Shown piece after piece: positions 25,929 through 38,173 of a stretch of DNA of 64,000 bases. The notes under the pieces were generated by a model that saw nothing but the letters and a program-made list of their open reading frames with translations, searched no databases and was not told where the DNA came from. Where the stretch lies: the NCBI GenBank assembly GCA_040954595.2, contig CM082578.2, positions 15,856,998 to 15,920,997 on the forward strand. Direction: 5' to 3'. Source of the DNA: Balanoglossus misakiensis. Lineage: Eukaryota > Animalia > Hemichordata. Every line of letters begins with the position of its first letter. The stretch's first letter is position 1. The translations under genes and the position numbers were made by a program.

Positions 25929-28900
25929 ATGGCGGAAAAATCAAGCATGCACTCGACTCCAGAACGAATGAAAGTTTTGTTGTCGTCATTCATTCACAAA
26001 GATGTTGATAAAGATGAGCAGAATGTGGGGTAAGTTTGCGCCCATACATTGTGATTAGTGCATATTCCGATAGCATCATTATTTACATAAAGCCGCAAAT
26101 GCAACACCTTCATGCACTGGACGTTTGTGGACTGTGTATGTGCATAGGTGTGTGCCAGTGTGTGTGTGTGTGGGGGGGGGGGGGTGTCAAGGTTTTGCAT
26201 GGTGTGGACAATCAGCATTCAATCACCAGGGATTGCATATTGTCCAAAGATGATGATTGACATTGCCACCGCCAGAAAAAGTACCAGCAACAGCATGTAA
26301 AACTACTTATCCCTTCGTCAACAGATGTAATAACAAGACACATGAAGAATCCCCAGGAGATTCATCCAGATCTTATCAACCACGAAACAAGGAAGCATAT
26401 TTTGCCAGAGTTGCCAGTTATTCAATATCCTTTAAGTATATACATGTACTTCAAGGTAGCATACATTTAATTAACAAATTTCAACAAGAGTATGTATATG
26501 CCATAGACATGGGGCATGAAAATTTACATCCAAATGAAGCATTTTAAATTTAAAAATAAACTCATGAAAATAATGTCTCTGTCTTGTCTGAGCTGGACCT
26601 ACAACATATGAGTGCTGTGCTCCTTGACAGCAACAGTAAGAGTTGAAATGGTTTGCCAAACCAATTGACTTATCGCCATTGAGATGTGCCCAGTATGGAT
26701 GGGAGAATACTAGCAAAGATGTTCTCAAGTGTGTCAGCTGTAGACAACTATTATGTGCTACACTGCCACAGATTTGGGACCCAGAAGTGTGTGAGTACAA
26801 TACATATCTGTATATTTCCAAAAGAAACTTTGATTGGACTGGTTGAAAAGGTCATGATAGAGATATTGTTAATTTATATGATTGAACTGACGGTACATGT
26901 AATCTTGTATTTGCAGATGCTAAAAGATGTAATGAATTGAAGGAAGGTTTGAGCAAGGCGCATTCCAATATGTGCGCATGGGCTGACAGCCCCAGTCCAG
27001 GTAATATACGTATATTTTGGAGTATTAAATTCAATTTTGTAGCAGTGACATTTGTTGAGTCATCAGTGTGCTTGTTGTTGAGTTGGACCAAAGAAAACTG
27101 ATCAGATAGTTCCTATGTGTGAGATATTGAAAAGGCTCTGGTCAGTAGCTGTATATTTTTCATGCAACATTTTAATCACATTTCACAATAATAACTCTAA
27201 ATCAGAGAGTAAACACTCTCCTTCAAAACTTTATTTCAGACTCATTTTTATCAGTACCAGTGGTTAATCACCCGGATGCACTTAGTGACTTCAAAAAAAG
27301 ATTGTCTTCACTTTCGCAACTAGGAACCAGACTCCCTGTGCTGGACTCTCAAAATATAGAAAATGAATTCAATGAAGTAAGTGGAGACTTTCATATAAAT
27401 TCTTTGATTTTCCATTTTTTACATAAACACGTACAGTTATCAGTTGAGTTGAGTGAAATCTTGTGATTCAAATGACAGGGAAGATATCAAAGTAGATGAC
27501 TTGCTATGACAACAGACAAGCTGATGTGTTCATAGCCATTCATTGATATACATGACGTGTGACTCTTTTGAATGTACCAGTTCTGATCGAATGGAAACAG
27601 TGTCCTTGATGCTTTTTCCCTCAAAGCTTTGGTGATTGTGTTTTATCTACCAGCATCAATTTTATTGACCAAATATATCTTGAATGAGAACAAGGACATA
27701 TAAAGAATGAACCTTTCTAAAGACTTTCAGAGCTTATTGTTTTGAGTTTTATTTCAACTAGATAATCAGAGACACATTAGATGGTGTTGTGAATACGTTA
27801 CTGAGACTTGCAGATGTGACAACAGAGGATGAGAGTGGCAAATCCTCTGTCAACCGGACCGCATGTTTACTTTCACTGAGTGGTTGGACTTCCAGGTATG
27901 TAATTTTGAGGCGTGATTTTTTCTGCGGAATCAGTCTGGTCACACAAATAATGCTAGTGTCTCTTCATGCTTATTTGCAGGGTGATTGCCATTCTTAGCA
28001 GTGTGTCTATAAAATATTTCAGTCTGCAGTGTTTTTGTTTTAATCAAGTGGAAAATCATACTAAATGTCCCTTCTACACAGGGAGAGAGTGTTTACATCA
28101 GTTTATGCATTTTAACTGGATATGACTGGATATTATATGGGTCAATATGGACCTGAATTAAAGGAAATTATTATGCCAACACAAATTAAAGTATGTACTT
28201 TAATTTGAACAGCTGCACAGAAACATCAAGCTGTCACACAATATCATGTAAGTTCTGCAACAGACAAGTTGGTCTATGGAATTTCACCCATACACACAGT
28301 ACTGACACAAAAGTTACAGAACAGGATGGTTGTGAGGTGGTAGACAGCAGTAGTGAATCAGCTGATCAAGATAAAATAGATGAACCAGTGAAAAAGAAGT
28401 TCAAATTTGAAGTAAGTCTTGTTTTTTGACTTGCATGAAACACACTCATCAGATATTCTTTACTTGTGAAAATCAAATACCTGTGTTGTTGGTGGCACTG
28501 TTCATATGTCAATTAACACACTTTCCTTGTAACTTTTTTTCCTGTGTTTCGCTTTTAAATCATGTAGGACTTGTCCAAAAAATCCTTCAATCCACTCACA
28601 GAGCATAGACTGTGGTGTCCATGGGTGATGGAATGCCCATCAGGCAGTGATGATCAGCCAAATGAAAACAAAAATCTCAATGGATGGAAGTCTCTGCTTA
28701 GTATCCTTGTACCATCAAATGCAAGCCCAAGCAAAAATGTACAACAGTTGACCAATAAGCAACAGGTATGTTTTTGAAAAAAGAACAATAAAGCCATTTC
28801 GACCCAGGGGTTGGCATGTACATAATGGCACTCAAATACATCTGACCTCTACTGGCCATTTTAAAATTTAATTGTCTGTACATATTATGAACATAGCATG

Positions 28901-29685
28901 CATGAGGGAACTGAAAATAGCTAATAGAGAATTTTACATGACAATTTTCTTATCACATATAGTCAAGTGTCACATCACAGATAATTGTTACAATATCAAA
29001 TACATGTCAAGGTTGTTTCTCAGTGGAGGTTACATTTACAATCAGTTGAATGTGATATGCATCCAATTTCCAGGTAATGCATTTCATTAATTAAGCTGAC
29101 CAATACAAAATTTATAATATTGGCATGATTAATTCACATGAGAATGATAGGTGTGCTGCATAACTCTATTGTTTTGACTTTTGTACAGATTACCAGGATA
29201 AATAAAAATGCTTTTTTGCAACCTTGTAAAAACAGTTGTTACATGGACCTGTAGTTGTGGAGGCCATATTTCCCTAGTATTATACTGTATTTCTATAGTA
29301 ACCAAGTGGATTTGTTCACCTGTCAACTGTTCAATGGTTTTGCTTTGAAGTGTCTCAGTTTAAGGCTATTTCTATGGTAACAATGAGTAGTAATTGAGCT
29401 GTTCATTATAATATGTTGTTAGTTAGAGCATTGATGTTGGCATTGATATTATTTTTAATATGTGACTAAATATAGTTTCTGTGTGCGTTTGCCTTGTAAT
29501 CTGCCAAAAGGTGCCTCTTTTTGGCAGATTCTTTTTGGCAATATTTGCACTGTCCAAGGAATGTTCTCTGACAGATTCATCTATTATATCATCCATCTGT
29601 TCTATTACAGACACCCCCAAACGTAGCATGGAAAGCAGTCAGAAAAATCTTCAACTTCTTGCAAACACCTTCAAAGAAAAACTGA
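25929..29685 (+). CDS. ZC3HC1: Zinc finger C3HC-type protein 1 / NIPA
   Basis: Exons 25929-26029, 26324-26424, 26640(or 26643)-26790, 26917-27000, 27240-27376, 27762-27895, 28213-28411, 28568-28765, 29611-29685. Motifs NKEAYFARVASY..LKWFAKPIDLSPLRCAQYGW..LKCVSC..AHSNMCAWADSPSP, ACLLSLSGW, CKFCNRQVGLWNF, FNPLTEHRLWCPWV. Confidence 0.92.
26425..26639 (+). other. U12-type (minor) intron 2 of ZC3HC1 with AT start and non-AC end (AA at 26639 or AG at 26642)
   Basis: 5' site ATATCCTTT at 26425; branch site TCCTTGAC at 26621-26628. The reading frame allows only an end at 26639 or 26642. Confidence 0.8.
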
Positions 29686-29825
29686 AGATTCAACACCGAG
29701 TCTTCAAAAGCTGCTGAGTCCTCTGTGTTATCAGCTGACAGTTGTATACACTGTCACAGTGACTTTAGCATCTGTTTTTTACCAGACATTAAAATGTGCC
29801 ACAGCGTGCTCATATCAGGAATTTC

Positions 29826-29899
29826 ATACTCTGGTTAATCATGAAATTTCCATTTGCTGATTATACTCTGGTTAATCATGAAATTTCCATTTGCTGATT
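29826..29899. repeat. Perfect tandem duplication, 37-bp period, 2 copies, in the ZC3HC1 3' region
   Basis: ATACTCTGGTTAATCATGAAATTTCCATTTGCTGATT occurs at 29826 and 29863. Confidence 0.9.
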
Positions 29900-32598
29900 G
29901 AAATGTAACAACTACAATTTCTTGTTCTACTTGCTGAAGCATGTTTAAATGACAAGTACTCAGGTTGTCAGCTAAGTACATGTAAATTGCAGTGCTTTTG
30001 TTGACATTGGAATATTAGTCTAGGTCATATTCATGGCCAATTACATGGCTGGCTTTACGGATATGCGATGTGATGACAAACTGAATACTGGGAGTGTCAA
30101 CATTTCGTAGGTAGTGGAACAAGAACATGAAGTTGTAACACAAAATAAATCTTCTGGAAATATCAAAATTTACAGCTAATATTTCTTGAGGAAATGTTTC
30201 TCTTTCAGTGAATGTTATTTACCAAAGCTCATTTCACAGTTTTTATGTATATGTACATTTTTTATTTGACAATTATTTTGGTAGGGAAAATCAATCACTA
30301 CTTAGAATTAATGCCTAATACATTTAAAACTTCTCTTTGTCAGTTGTATGTGAGGAGAGTGTTGTAGTATAGTGTCATCAATTGGTGTATGGTGCAAGTA
30401 CTTAAGTAATTCATAGACTGTTTGCACAAGTGTAAATTTTTTATTGGTCTTGAAAAGATATTTTAATAAAGGCATTACATTGCACTAGTCTTCTTTCATC
30501 AGTTATTACAACATTTAATGCAAAACATCGATAATGTGATCGATGCTATAAAACTGCCTGGAACAGAAAATTGCAGACACCGATTTGAAATACGGGAAGA
30601 AAGGGATATTTCTAAAGCCTTCATCCACTTGACGCAGTAAATTAATCACTATAAATGAGGCAATAAATCAACTTAATACTTTGATATTGGACTTTTTAAT
30701 CGTTGATGACCAAAAGGAAGCATGTAGCTGAGAACTGCTGTCTGCTGCTAAAGGATTTTGGACGAGATTTGTTCGAGAACTTGAGAAGCAAGAAGATGTG
30801 TATCTCTCTCTCTATCTATCTCTCTCTTAATTACCTTCATACTGCAATAGTGTGTAGTTGCTGTTCATACAATTTGCATTAAAGTTCAAGGACAATGTTA
30901 AAAGCCCAAATTATGTAATGCAAAGGAAATCCAAATGCCTCAAGAAAACAAACCTGTACATGGAAAATAGACCTGTGGCAGCTAAACAATCATACAGACA
31001 CACAGCTGATGCAAATATCTGAACCTTTTCACTACATCTCATATCTGCTTTTCTATTGTATCCAAGTCTACTCAATGCTCTAGTGTGTAGATTACTTGGA
31101 CATAATGGTCAACTACATTTGATGCAAGCTTGTCTTGAAACAGAGCCAATAAGTTATATAACATTGAAATATCCATTAAACCCTTAGTAGCTACATCTTA
31201 TTGTCATATCACCAATTAGTGTTGTGTATGCTGTATAATATGACCAAGATGTATATCAGTCAGTGACTTTACATGTCAGTAATTATTATAGAAAAGGATT
31301 GTAATTTGTGATGCAATGGAACTCAGCACCTGTGTCCTTGTTTATAACCACATAAGTACAATATAAAATGCAGTGGAAATATAGAAAAGCTCATAGTAAC
31401 TTCTGTGACAGTAATACAAAAATAATTGTTTAGCTTATGGGATGTCGCAACAGATTGTTAATATACAAAATCTAATAATATATATGCAAAATTTTACAAC
31501 GAATTACATAACTTATAAGCAGAGGTTGTTCAAAGCTATCTTTGACCCTTCCAGGCTTCAATATGTTTAATACCATGGTATCCATGTCAGTGTCTTATAA
31601 TAATTTTTGAATCCATGTTTCATATACATTTGTATTCCATATTTTATATACAGGTAAAATGTCAAAGTAATTAGTGCCAAATAGTGAACACAAATTATCA
31701 GGGTCACTGTTGCTTTTGGTCACATGTTATGATGCAGTGTACATATTGTCTCCTCAACATTTTAATCAATTAATAAATATTTCTTTGTAGCTTTTCATAT
31801 TTGCCACATTGATGCGACTCAGAGACCTTGGCCTTATATCATGCATTCTGATAACAATTTACTACTCTTGTGTATAACCATGGCTGTACTATCAGATGAT
31901 AAGCCCATGCTAGGGCAATTCCCCGTCGTAATCAATGGGCTTCGCCAGGTTTTGTTGACATCGGTCAGCTGACTGTTTGTTTATCTCCTGATGTGACCTG
32001 CGCCAGCTGATCAAAACATTGACCCTGATTGGTTCATGTGATATTGTGATGTCATCAAGAATAGCCAATCCTACTAGCACATAGCGACTGTGGTTGAGTT
32101 CTCTCCGGTTAGTTTTGTCCTAGAGACCCAGAAAGCGATGATTCTTCCCACTAATTGAAATTGTTATTTATTAAACGGCGCAAAATGGTGTAGGGTTCAC
32201 AAAACATAACAAGAATCCTGTCCCCCGACCGGCAGAGAATCATGTGACTACCAGAGGGATGACTGCTTACATCATAAGATTATTCTATAACTCGTCAGGG
32301 GGGAAAGAAGCCCTATAGAAATCTACGTTTGACATGTTCATCTATGTAATAACAAAGAAAACTTTTCAGAAAATAAATGAGTGTTAAAACATTTGTTATT
32401 TAACGATATGTCCACCTAACATCTGTCAAAGAAAGGTAATGTTAATGGTAGGTCACCCCAATATTTAATGGAATGTCCTACCGTATAAGTTTGACAATTG
32501 TTTTGGTTCTGTTCAGTTGGCAAAGTACTCATCGAGGCCGCGATACGGGGTGTGTAGTCGAGCAAACAGCTGGAATTTTCCCTATTCTAGTCATCAAA

Positions 32599-35500
32599 AT
32601 GTCTTCTCCAAGTCCAGGTAAAAGGCGTATGGACACAGACGTCATCAAATTGTATCCTTTTGGTGTCATTCTCAGTTTAAATAGCGATCATCGGGGAATT
32701 TCAACCGATCGGAAGTCTCCGCCTATCGGCAGTCAGCTGTTCAACAAATTTTACTAAAATATCTTAAAAATGTGCATTAAGATGTGTCCAAATTGTAGTC
32801 GATTGGGTGTGTAAATAACATACTATATACTACATGCCAAAGGTATTAGTACCGTGCCGCTTAATTCGTTAATTTCACGTTGTTTGTCGGGTGTCTGATG
32901 TGTATGCCGATGACGAAATCAGCCGAGAATAGCAAGATCTCGAACACCATTTATTTGCATGTGTATTGTACACCGGCTTGCTATGCAGTATTTTATGACG
33001 TTTCTCGCCAAATCTCGTATAGACTCGGTGGGATCATTGTCCGTATATACCGATCACACATAGTCAAAATAATCAATCAGATACGTTTGTCATGGGGACA
33101 ATATTAGCCATACCTTATTTTCGTCCGACGGTTACCATAAAACTGGCATTAATTTATCACAAATCTACATGTACACCTACCCCCCGTATTGCTATGCTAT
33201 ATCAAAATAAAACGTCTGAACGACCTTGTAATGCCCAAAAGAAGAAAATTCGTGTATATCCTGTATTGTTTCTGCTGTTTCCATCTGTAGTTTAAATGGA
33301 CAGACTGAGATATTTAACTGTTCTATACTATACTACAGTTCTGTTCAAAGTTCAAGGTACATATATAATGTGAATAAAATATTAAAATTCATATGTATTT
33401 GCGAGAACAAACACCAAATTTTAACGACCAATTTTGTAGGAATAGATAGTGTAGGAACGCTTTAAAAGATATAGGTCACACTTAATGTTCTGGATAAAAG
33501 TATACCGTTGTGTACATAATGTATACTAGAATGCATCACTGGCTGCCCTTGAAATATGCAAATTTTCCAATATGGCAGGGTATTGCTATAGCTATCCACT
33601 AATAGATATTTATACAGGGTTACGTTGTTCATTGTCGTACAAGGCAAGTGTTTCCAGTAGAAAGGATTGGTAATCAGATTCATAGTACTCATGAAAGGCA
33701 TAGATATGTAAATGTGACAAGAAACGAAATCTGTAGGAATACAGGATTGTGTATGTCAAATTGTTCTGTTATATTGTGTGACTGTCGATTTTGACCGGCT
33801 AGTTCTCCTTTGTTGACATTTAAGAAGACAATCTGATAAAATCTGGTGTGACTTGAAAGTCATATTAGCATCATAATTGATAGGGGGGAAATATAAGTAT
33901 ATATCAGGTTGCCAAGACATGACAATTCGTCATAGACAGAGCGTATTTTTGGAATGGTGTATTACATGTTCAAAATGTGTCAAACCAGGTCACCTGACCT
34001 TTAAACAGCTGGTTTGCTGTTTTTGTTTTGAAACAAAACAGACATGTAGGGATCACCTTAAAAAATCTACTACAAATTACTTTGTTATTTTCACACTTGT
34101 TACTGAATTCTGTGTTGGTTTGTATGTTTGTTTACGCCGTGTAAATTAATATGAAGTGAACAGTTACACATAATTATGGAATCAGGAAGTGAGCACTTAT
34201 TACAACTGTTACAACTGCATATTTGCTGAAGAGCTGGTTCAGTTTTCTTCTGCAGATATATATATGTTTTTTTTATTAGTTGATATGTTGCTCATAGTAT
34301 TATTCTGTAATCTGGATGAATAGCTGTGATATGAATATGGCACTGGTGATTTTTCTGGTGTTGAATTAATACATGTACTCTGTTTGCAAATGGAAGGGTT
34401 TTGCCATTTCATAGCCATGTTAATACCCTATAGCTCCATTAATAGATAAATCTTGGCATCAAATTATAACCAGTTAACATATGCATATATAAAGTGATTT
34501 CTTCTACATCATGTTATGACATATTTGTGATTGCGTGCATGGGACATTTCCTGAACTCAGTTGGACAGAATGGAAAGCAACCATGAAGTGACGATATTAG
34601 GAGGACTCAATGAATTCATGGTCAAATTCTATGGACCCAATGGCAGTGAGTATGAATGAAAAGTTCTATTAACTGTGATTATACAGGTGTTTGTCAAACA
34701 CCAATCCTATCATATTCCTTCTACTTCCTGTATGGTTTCCACAAAGACACTTGAAATGAGGAAATGCATACAGTTTCAATGGGAGAAGTATGATAGGACA
34801 ATTGGTGGATGGTTTTGTGTCTAGACATATCTTCACTTTAGATGGCAAATACTCCTTTACTGTGAATTATTTTTGAGGCTTTGAACCCTGCTAGAAATAG
34901 AACCCAGGATTTGCATGTGTCAAAATGGCCTTAATGTTTTATCAAGCATTTTTTGTCATCCTTATGAGTCCGATCATTGATGCTAATCTCATGACATGAA
35001 GTGAAAGGGTGTTCTCCAGAAAACATGATCACAGACAAAATTAACATTTGAATTGCTGTCAAAGTCCATTTCCTGTTTTGCTACATGTGTTTAGATAAGG
35101 GTCAGATATTTTCATGTTCTTTTATGCATGATATTTTAGTAACAATATATCTTGCAAATTCAGTTGTTACCTATGGATTGTATGAAATTTTCAGTTTTAA
35201 ATCCAGTAAAACTGTAAATTTAATGTATTTGACCCATTTTGACTAGATGCATGACACCATATTTGCTTGAAAATGAGGCGGTTCAATTTCCAAAGCACAA
35301 GTTGGTGTAGATTCACATCAACTTGTACCACTTTTGATTTCACGTGTGCATAAACATATTATGATAATTATACAAAAAATAATTCCAGTACTTCATTTTT
35401 TTCACACTATATAAAATCATGCGAAAAATATTTCCTACAAATGAGTGCAAGATCAACACATTAGTGAGATCTCAACCTTAAGGTGAAAGGTAATGTATGT

Positions 35501-37898
35501 ATTCATATGCTCGTCAACTCAGCAGTCTTTCAATACCACAATATCTTTTGGTGAGACTGGCCCTGAAAACCAATTAGCTGAGTTTTCTACAGATATTTCC
35601 AATATGGTGTATAAGAATAATAATAAGTAGTTCCATACAAAATGCTGCGCTTTATGTCACCATACCTCATACACTCCAATATCTTCATTATAGCTTGCTG
35701 TATGATGTATTGGAACATTTATTGCAGTATGTTTTGTATTGAACTTGGTAATGTTATTTTTATGGTACCATAAGTTCTGCATATTTGGGTAGCCAACTGC
35801 TTTGTATGAGCAGAGTATAAGTTCATAATCATATTCTTTTGTGTGTACTCAAAATTTTCAAAAGATAAGGAGTAAATATACACACAGAAAAAAAATTCAC
35901 ACCAATGGCCTTTTGACCAACACTTTAGTGCTGAGAGATGGGCAGAGCTTGTGTGAGACACTCAAAATATCCCTACAAGTGTGAGAAAATGTGATAATAT
36001 GGTGTGAGAGACTACAGCCCTGTCGCATGCGGTGATATTTCCAGCTGGATGGTCTCGTGCCAGAATTCTGAACGCACACGCTGAGTATCTCGAACGCACG
36101 CTGTAGTCTTTCTGTCATTGGTTGTACTGAGTGAAACATTCTTTGGCAGAATTCCTAGAATATTGCGCCCACTTTCCGTAGAAAATCCATTCTCTTCATA
36201 ATTATATGCAAATGTTTAGTGTTATTAATTAAATAACACATGATAGTGATACTCGGGCGACATCACGATTTGTAGTCTGCCCTAAGGCTGGTGCTCTCTG
36301 ATCATCAATATCATTAAACTATTAACTAGCTGTGCTTTCTTGCAGCTCCATATGAAGGGGGTGTTTGGAAAGTACGTGTAGACCTTCCTGAAAAATATCC
36401 ATTTAAATCTCCTTCCATCGGTAAGCCAGGCATTAGTTAATTCAGTGTGTGTGGTAGACAACCTGGACAAGACATGGGTCACCGAGATCATTCATTGTAC
36501 ATCAATACCTTCTATTCGGAATTATAGATATATTGTACATTCATTTGCGACAAAAAGGACATGGATACCATGATTTACATCAGTGACAGGCATCTAAAGT
36601 ACTGTTGGCTTTCCAGTCTTAACAAAGTGCATCAAGTCATTATTTCCTCAATGAGTCAAAGATTGATTCAAAGGCACAAGAACATGTCAATAGTTGACTG
36701 TACTAGTACACCTGGCAATGTGCCAATTGGCTGGTGTCGGTTGAGTAATCATTTGTGACCTTTGACATCAGTGACCTTTGACATCTACCTACTACTACTA
36801 AGGTGATAGGAATCTAGCAAAAGTGCTGTTCAAATATATTGTTATTTGTAGTTAAAAGTGACAAATTTATCTTTTTCATTTCAGGGTTCTTAAATAGAAT
36901 ATATCATCCAAATATTGATGAAGTGTAAGTAATCACCTTTTTAATTCTCTTATTGTTTGGATTCTACATCAGCAGGTAGCTCGTTCCTCTTTCACCACGA
37001 AATTTGGCCTGGTCTCATCGTATATTAAATTTCTCATCAGAACTTTTGCGCATCCCGGCCATTGCAGCTATGGGGCACCCATTTATTCAGCTGCTTACTG
37101 CAAGAGTACAGAACTATCATGATATATGCACACATATCTATTGGAATGTCCACAAATACAAAAAGGTATCGTCTGTCGACTAAGGAGAAGAAGAGATAGA
37201 AGTATTTTATCAATTAAAAATATGACAATGACTTGTTTTTTTTGTATCTCACTTTCATTAGGTCTGGTACAGTTTGTTTAGATGTTATAAATCAGGCATG
37301 GACAGCCCTTTACGGTAAGCATAATTTTGTATACAGATTTTTAAAATTTCACAGTCTAGTGTTACAACCTTACATAAGGAAAGCATGGCTTTACGCAGTT
37401 GATCTTGCATGTATAGAAATCTAATGAACTCCGCGCTATTTATATCATTGATTGTTATATCTTGTCCTGTATATCCTTTTTCTTTATAGATTTATCCAAT
37501 ATTTTTGAGTCATTCTTACCACAATTACTCACATACCCGAATCCTATTGATCCACTCAATGGAGACGCTGCAGCTCTTTATCTTCATAAACCAGAAGACT
37601 ACAAAGAAAAGATCAGAGGTCAGTAAAAATCTTCATAGTTTGTCGCAGCAGTGTGTCTAAGTCATGGCTGCATGTTTCAATGTTTTTACAAGTGTCAGAG
37701 AGAGATGGTACTGAGAAATGTTATGTGAACATGCAAGCCTTGTCACCAATGGAGTCTTTTGGGTCTTTGCTGATTTCAGAATACGTCAGAAGATATGCAA
37801 CAGAAGAAGCATTAAAAGAACAGGAAGATAATTCAACATCGAGTGAAAGTTCATTGAGTGATTTTGAAGAAGATGAAGCAGAGGATATGGAGCTATAA
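32599..37898 (+). CDS. UBE2H: Ubiquitin-conjugating enzyme E2 H (Ubc8/GID3 family)
   Basis: Exons 32599-32651, 34569-34645, 36346-36420, 36885-36924, 37262-37314, 37490-37618, 37780-37898. Protein [84 protein letters not shown]..acidic tail EDEAEDMEL. Confidence 0.97.
32652..34568 (+). other. U12-type GT-AG intron 1 of UBE2H
   Basis: 5' site GTATCCTTT at 32652; branch-like TTTCCTGAAC at ~34547-34556; AG at 34567-34568 with no pyrimidine tract. Splicing restores KL-MESNHEV. Confidence 0.85.
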
Positions 37899-38113
37899 CA
37901 TTGACTCATTTTTCAGAGAGATTTCAATTTTTTATATTTTTAATATTTGTATCATGTGGGTTTCTCCTGATCAGTACCAATAAATTGCTATCCAGTCCAT
38001 TTCATATAGAGCTGAAATCTCCAGCAATTGTGTAGAGAGAGGGAATTTTTTCAAGTCTTGTGATCAGTGATGTCATATTTTGTCAGTGCACATGTCTTTT
38101 AAATAGTGGTGGT

Positions 38114-38173
38114 CATCATTGCCATCATCATCATCATCATCGCCATCATCTCCGCCATCGTCATCATCATCAT
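38114..38173. repeat. (CAT)n / (CAT,CGC) microsatellite in the probable UBE2H 3' UTR
   Basis: Imperfect CAT trinucleotide run read directly. Confidence 0.85.

Noticed and set aside
31665-31690. TTTGGCACTA on the minus strand (miR-96-like 5' end)
   Set aside because: The match stops after 10 nt and there is no hairpin; at most a seed-type site.
34330-34412. TATGGCACTGGT in UBE2H intron 1, resembling miR-183 (the human miR-183/96/182 cluster lies near UBE2H)
   Set aside because: Only the first 12 nt match, the putative hairpin is poorly paired, and no miR-96/182 partners were found in the window.
36975-37055. Hammerhead-like CTGATGA plus stem II on the minus strand in a UBE2H intron
   Set aside because: Stem II is followed by GTGGT rather than the required GAAA, and stems I and III are not evident.
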